The translations under genes were made by a program, and so were the position numbers. Below, one piece after another: positions 59,145 to 64,000 of a stretch of DNA of 64,000 nucleotides; position 1 is the first letter of the stretch; each line of letters starts with the position of its first letter. The notes under the pieces are model-generated. The model saw nothing but the letters and a program-made list of their open reading frames with translations. It was not told where the DNA came from and ran no database searches. The stretch comes from Planctomycetota bacterium (GTDB lineage: Bacteria > Planctomycetota > UBA11346): positions 64,001-128,000 of the forward strand of contig JBBRLJ010000001.1 of the NCBI GenBank assembly GCA_038231435.1. The letters are read 5' to 3'.

Positions 59145-60722
59145 ATGCTCATCCCCTCCGCCACCGCCCGAGCGCTCCTCATCGCCACCCTGGTCACAAT
59201 CACGATCGCCACCGCGCACGCCGCCGATCCGAAGCAATTGCTCGAACACGGCGACTTCGAAGCGGTCGATGCGCAAGGCAACGCCACCGGCTGGGGGCTG
59301 GCGCCCGGCATCACCGTGACCAGCGATCCGTTGAACCACTTCCTCCGCTTCCAGGCAGCCGGTCCCGCCAAGGCGGTGACGCTCTATCGCCAGGTCCCGC
59401 TCTCCGGCGCCAAGGCCATCGCGGTCACATGCCGGGTGCGCTACGCCGGAGTCGAGCGCGGCGCCGAGGGCTGGCACGACGCCCGCATCATCATGAACTT
59501 CAAGAACGACAAGAACGACAACGTCGGCGGCGACCCGTCGCATCCGTTCTTCACCGGAACCAGCGATGCGTGGCAGCCGGTCAAGGTCGTCTGCGCGGTG
59601 CCCGCCAGTGCAACATCGCTCGCGATCATGCCGGGGATGTGGCAGGCCAAGGCTGGCACCCTCGACATCGACGACCTCTCGGTGACCGCCATCGATCCCG
59701 CGAGCCTGCCCAAGAAGGACGACGCCCCCACCGCCAGCGTGGTCATCGATGCCGGACGTGCCCACCCGAAGATGCTGAAGACCGATGGCCCGCGCCTGAT
59801 CGACAGCGACGGCAAGGACGTGTGGCTCCAGGGCGTCAACGTTCCGAGCCTCGAGTGGTCGGACGGCGGCGAATCCCTGCTGCAATCGATCGTCGTCGCG
59901 ATCGACGACTGGAAGGCGAATATCATCCGACTGCCGGTGTCTGGCGAACGCTGGGCCAAGGGCGAACCCTACCGTGCGCTGGTCGACCAATGCGTGCTGG
60001 CCGCATCGTCGCGCGGCGCCTACCTGCTCCTCGACCTGCATGGCTACCGCGCGCCAAGCGATGCAGACATCGCGTTCTGGGTGTCGGCCGCGGCGCGCTA
60101 CAAGGACCAACCAGGCGTGATCTATGGCCTGCTCAATGAACCATTCGGCACCTCGTGGGAGATCTGGAAGAACGGCGGCGAGATCACCGACAAGAAAAGC
60201 GACGCGCCAGGGAACGACCAGCAGACCGTGTCGCATACCTCGCCCGGCCTGCAGAAGGTCGCCGACGCCGTGCGCGGCACCGGAGCGCACAACGTCATGG
60301 TCATCGGCGGCCTGGACTGGGCGTACGACCTCTCTGGGGTGATCGCCGGTTCGGCCATCGAGGACCACGGCGGAAACGGCATCATCTACGATTCGCACGT
60401 CTATTACTGGAAATCGGGCTGGCAGCACTCCTTCCTCGACATCGCCGCGAAATATCCGGTGATCCTCGGCGAAGTCGGCTGCGACATCAAGAACCTGTCC
60501 TTCATCCCGCCCGAGCGCTTCGAGAACCCGTACACCTGGGCGCCGGACATGCTCGCCTGCATCCAGAAGAACCACGTCCACTGGACCGGCTGGTCGTTCC
60601 ATCCTGGCGCGAGCCCTGCGATGCTTCAGGACATGAAGACCTACGCCCCGACACCGTACTGGGGTTCCTTCGCCAAGGCTGCGCTGCTCGGGGCGCACTT
60701 CGAGTCCACCAAGCTGCGCTGA
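59145..60722 (+). CDS. Secreted GH5 glycoside hydrolase (cellulase family) with an N-terminal carbohydrate-binding-like domain
   Basis: Signal peptide; HGDFE..W jelly-roll domain; LQGVN, NIIRLP, LLDLH, LLNEP, DSHVY, PVILGEVG, WTGWSF. Confidence 0.9.
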   Translation: MLIPSATARALLIATLVTITIATAHAADPKQLLEHGDFEAVDAQGNATGWGLAPGITVTSDPLNHFLRFQAAGPAKAVTLYRQVPLSGAKAIAVTCRVRYAGVERGAEGWHDARIIMNFKNDKNDNVGGDPSHPFFTGTSDAWQPVKVVCAVPASATSLAIMPGMWQAKAGTLDIDDLSVTAIDPASLPKKDDAPTASVVIDAGRAHPKMLKTDGPRLIDSDGKDVWLQGVNVPSLEWSDGGESLLQSIVVAIDDWKANIIRLPVSGERWAKGEPYRALVDQCVLAASSRGAYLLLDLHGYRAPSDADIAFWVSAAARYKDQPGVIYGLLNEPFGTSWEIWKNGGEITDKKSDAPGNDQQTVSHTSPGLQKVADAVRGTGAHNVMVIGGLDWAYDLSGVIAGSAIEDHGGNGIIYDSHVYYWKSGWQHSFLDIAAKYPVILGEVGCDIKNLSFIPPERFENPYTWAPDMLACIQKNHVHWTGWSFHPGASPAMLQDMKTYAPTPYWGSFAKAALLGAHFESTKLR

Positions 60723-60759
60723 TCTCGCCGCTTCGACGGCATCGCGGCCCAGCGCAGGA

Positions 60760-61821
60760 TCAGGGCCGCTTCCGTCGTCGCGTCGCTGGTGGCGGATCGG
60801 GAATCGGCGCCGCGCCCTCGGCCGCCCGACGCGTGCGCGATGGCCGTTCAACCGGCTTGCGCGAGGCCCGCTTGCGCTGCGCTGATGCCGAGGCGTCACC
60901 TACTCGCCGTTTCGGCGCGGCTCGCAGGCCTCGCGGGGGATGCGCGTCGAAGAGCGCCACGACCTCAGGCGCGCGCGCCGAGGCGCGCACCGGCACGCCA
61001 CGCTTGTCGACGGCATCCGGATCGGCCCCGTGCGCGAGCAGCAGCCGCGTCAGCGGCACCATCACGTCGGCCGTGCCGGCCGTGCCGCTCGCGCCGGTCC
61101 CGGACACCGCTCGCCGCAAGGGCGTCGAGCCACGCAGCTTGTCGCGCGCGTTCACATCCGCGCCCCGCTCCACCAGCACCGTGGCGACGGCGAGATTGCG
61201 CGCCCGCACCGCCTGATGCAGCGGCGTGACGTCATCCCAGTTGCGCGCGTCGATGGCGGCGCCGCGGTCGAGCAGCAACCCGGCCATCGCCGCGGCTGGC
61301 CGAGGCGGGGCCTGACGCAGGTCCGCCACGCGGTGCAGCGCGGATTCGCCATTGGCGTCCGAGTCCGCGGTGGTGGCGCCATGCTCGATCAGCAGCGACA
61401 CCAATTCGGGACGCAACGCCTCGACGGCGTGGTGCAGGATCGGCGAGCCTTCCTCGTCGCGCAGCCGCGCGAGCGCCGCATCGCGCCGCAATGCGCTTCT
61501 GAGTAGGCCACGTTCGCCAAGGTGGACGGCGGTGACCACTGATGTGATTGCGCCCTTGTCGCGCAGGAAGGCGACTATGTCCGCGGCTCCGCGTCTGGCT
61601 GCATAGGTGATCGGCGTGAGGTGGACACGCCCCTGCTGGATGTCCGCGCTCCGGCGCGCCAACCGCGACACCAAGTCGAGATCACCATAACGCGCGGCGC
61701 TCAGGAGTGGGGTGTTGCCCCAGCGATCAGCCGCATCGGGATCGACTCGCCCGGCGAGCTTGGCGAGGATGGCTTGGTCATGGCGCCACAGCGCGCGGCA
61801 GAAGGCTTCGACGTCGTCCAT
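60760..61821 (-). CDS. Ankyrin-repeat protein with a basic C-terminal tail
   Basis: GNTPLLSAA, LTPITYAA, ESALHRVA, VTPLHQAV..ERGADVNARD, STPLRRAV. Confidence 0.88.
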   Translation of the reverse strand: MDDVEAFCRALWRHDQAILAKLAGRVDPDAADRWGNTPLLSAARYGDLDLVSRLARRSADIQQGRVHLTPITYAARRGAADIVAFLRDKGAITSVVTAVHLGERGLLRSALRRDAALARLRDEEGSPILHHAVEALRPELVSLLIEHGATTADSDANGESALHRVADLRQAPPRPAAAMAGLLLDRGAAIDARNWDDVTPLHQAVRARNLAVATVLVERGADVNARDKLRGSTPLRRAVSGTGASGTAGTADVMVPLTRLLLAHGADPDAVDKRGVPVRASARAPEVVALFDAHPPRGLRAAPKRRVGDASASAQRKRASRKPVERPSRTRRAAEGAAPIPDPPPATRRRKRP

Positions 61822-61958
61822 GGGGTACACCATGGCGCGCACCGGTACCGCGACAATGACCGCCGGAGGGACGTCCCAGCGAGCCGTGGCGACACCGATG
61901 GCTGATGGTTGCATTGATCGGACTTGCCGCGCGGATGGATTGGCGTCTGCTCGCCTTC

Positions 61959-62345
61959 ATGGCCATGGATGGCAGGTATCTGGAGCATCTGCGCGCCCTG
62001 CCCCGCAAGCGGGCGCGAGAGGCGGTCTCACAGCGGCTCGAGACCGAGTTGCCAAGCCTCTCCCGGCTGCCCGCGGTGGCCGAGGCGCTCGCCAGCCTGG
62101 GCCTCGAACGCACCGTCCTCGTGCGCTACACGTTCGATGAGCCACTGATCGAAGCGGGCGAGGCGCAGGTCCAGTTCACCTACCACCTGGGCGATCCCAC
62201 CGCCGCCCCCGGAGCCGCCTACCAGGAGGAAGTCCGCGGTTCGGGCATCGCGTTCATCGACGCGACGGGCGCGATGCGCTTCGAGGATGTCGACGCCGAG
62301 ATCTCCCGTCTCGTCGACGATGCCGAAATCCCCGCCGACGATTGA
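61959..62345 (+). CDS. Hypothetical acidic protein
   Basis: GC-rich third positions and globular composition; no recognised family. Confidence 0.55.
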   Translation: MAMDGRYLEHLRALPRKRAREAVSQRLETELPSLSRLPAVAEALASLGLERTVLVRYTFDEPLIEAGEAQVQFTYHLGDPTAAPGAAYQEEVRGSGIAFIDATGAMRFEDVDAEISRLVDDAEIPADD

Positions 62346-62429
62346 CCCGCCCGCCGCGAGCGGATCACCTGCTTTCCATTCGTCATGGCGTTCGCTTGGT
62401 CATTGGCCTTTCTTGGTGATCGAGCTTGG

Positions 62430-64000
62430 TCACGGCGCGTGGGCGCGCGCCAACGCGGATGCGGCCTGGCCTGGCAATGCAGGCAAGGCCACGCGCGAAC
62501 GCCACTTCGCCCACACCGTAGCGTCCTGGAGCAGCGGCATCACGTTGCCGCCGACCACTGAGCGCGCCTGGAACCCCTGCTGGCGGCCGCTGACGGTGTC
62601 GTACCAGTCGCTCAACGGCACTCGGTTCGGCGTCGACGAGACATAGGCGCAGCAGGCGTCGAGCATCGCCTGGCGGTCTTCGCGCCGCTCGGCCAGACTC
62701 GCCGACCAGATCGCGTGATCGAGGGTGGTGTAGGTCTTGCGGTTGTCCAAGGGCAGGCCGAAGCGCTCGAGCTTGGTCATGTAGAAGGCGACCTCGCGGC
62801 GCGCCACGGTTGCCGGAAACAGGTCGAGGCCGAGCAGACCGTCCCAGATCAGATTGTACTTCTGGCTCCAGGTGCCGGGCTGGTCGAAGGCGAGGCGGTA
62901 ATGGTCGCCGTCATCGGCGAGCGGCATCCAGCGCGCCACCATGCTCTTGGCCAGAGCGCGGAAGGCGCGCGCGTCATCGTCGTGCCCGAGCGCGCGGCAG
63001 AGTTCCGCGAAGGAGCCGAGACCGAGGATGGCCTTCACCGACAGGTTCACGTTGTGCGCGAGGTGCCCGGAGAAATCGTCGGTGCAGAGTTGGTCGGCGG
63101 GGTCGAAGCCCTCGTCGCGCAGGTAGCACGCCCAGGTCCGCAGCACCGGCCAATGCGCCCGCGCGAATCCCGGATCGCCGTCGGCGACTGCCAGGGCTTG
63201 CGCGAGGATCAGGATGTTGCCGCATTCCTCGACCGGCATCTGGTCGTCGTCCGTCAGCTCGCCGCCGCCATAGACCTGACCGTTGGCGAGCGGATAGGTT
63301 CCGAGGTCGTGCGGAGCGAACGGGAATTTCCAGGCGCTGGTCGCGGCGTAGCGCATCACCGGTTCGAGCATGGCGCGCAGCAGGGAGGGATTCAGCAGCA
63401 GGTACAAGGGCGCCGACGGGAAGGTCACGTCGACCGTGGCGATGCATCCGTTCGAGAAGTTCTCTTTCGAGAAGAACATCGGCGTGCCGTCCACATCCAT
63501 GACCAGCTTGTGCGCGGCGATGCTCTGCCGGTAGCTCAGGGCCGCGACGTCGGCGAAGGCATTGCCGCCCGCCTTCACGCAGTCATGGCTGAATTCACGA
63601 TCGAAGGCCTGGCAGCGTTCGGTGATCGCCTCGCGTTCACGCGCGGCGGCGACCAGCAGCCCGTCGATCTCGGTCCGGCCGCTGGCCCGCCAGTAGGGAC
63701 GCAGTCTTCGACGCAGGTACTCGATCGAGAACTGGTCGTCATAGGCGATCATCACCGTGCGCTCGACCTCGGCGCTACCCACGAGACCGAAGGTCGCGCG
63801 CACTGCCAGGGCCGGCCAGCAGTCGTTGACGCGCCGCGGCATGCGCATGTCGTCCGCCGGCGATGGCTCGCCAGCGATGAAGCGCGCGCGCAGCGTGCGG
63901 TGGTCGCCAATCGCGGTATGCGCCTGCTGACCATCGGCGGCGGCCAGGAACAGCTGTCCCCAATCGATGCGCAGATCATCACCCTGACGGGCGAGGACAC
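62430..64000 (-). CDS. Glutaminase A (GtaA)-like six-hairpin protein (DUF4965/DUF1793 family), 5' end outside the window
   Basis: Frame stays open to the window edge (QGDDLRIDWG); FSKENFSNGCIATVDV, FAPHDLGTYP, MPVEECGN, QLCTDDFSGHLAHN, WSQKYNL, PLSDWY, FQARSVVGG. Confidence 0.88.
   Translation of the reverse strand, partial: VLARQGDDLRIDWGQLFLAAADGQQAHTAIGDHRTLRARFIAGEPSPADDMRMPRRVNDCWPALAVRATFGLVGSAEVERTVMIAYDDQFSIEYLRRRLRPYWRASGRTEIDGLLVAAAREREAITERCQAFDREFSHDCVKAGGNAFADVAALSYRQSIAAHKLVMDVDGTPMFFSKENFSNGCIATVDVTFPSAPLYLLLNPSLLRAMLEPVMRYAATSAWKFPFAPHDLGTYPLANGQVYGGGELTDDDQMPVEECGNILILAQALAVADGDPGFARAHWPVLRTWACYLRDEGFDPADQLCTDDFSGHLAHNVNLSVKAILGLGSFAELCRALGHDDDARAFRALAKSMVARWMPLADDGDHYRLAFDQPGTWSQKYNLIWDGLLGLDLFPATVARREVAFYMTKLERFGLPLDNRKTYTTLDHAIWSASLAERREDRQAMLDACCAYVSSTPNRVPLSDWYDTVSGRQQGFQARSVVGGNVMPLLQDATVWAKWRSRVALPALPGQAASALARAHAP

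Overview
High-GC bacterial chromosomal window with about 50 CDSs and no rRNA, tRNA, CRISPR array or transposase that I can recognise. The gene content suggests a PVC-superphylum, probably Planctomycetota, genome (inference): a Ser/Thr kinase with 'DLSPLRGMP' LRRs, an ECF sigma/FecR pair, five AraC regulators, three PhyH dioxygenases and many glycoside hydrolases. Most genes serve carbohydrate or small-molecule catabolism, export or envelope functions. The six most notable observations are: (1) two otherwise unrelated small membrane proteins that both end in I-x-F-G-x-Y-E-G-Y-stop, directly upstream of a di-iron sterol desaturase/hydroxylase gene; (2) an orphan phage-type family B DNA polymerase with intact polymerase motifs, an eroded proofreading domain and no prophage around it; (3) a fabH-ACP-N-acyltransferase-ThiF-DevBCA lipoamino-acid biosynthesis and export operon; (4) a structured 5' leader with an alternative anti-Shine-Dalgarno fold in front of an ankyrin gene; (5) an excisionase-HTH/PilB fusion with a substituted Walker B glutamate; (6) a roughly 2200-aa thioester-less alpha-2-macroglobulin with STN-like C-terminal domains. 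All calls come from motif reading by eye; no database searches were run. Many start codons were moved from the ORF track on the basis of RBS, overlap and composition, and remain estimates.
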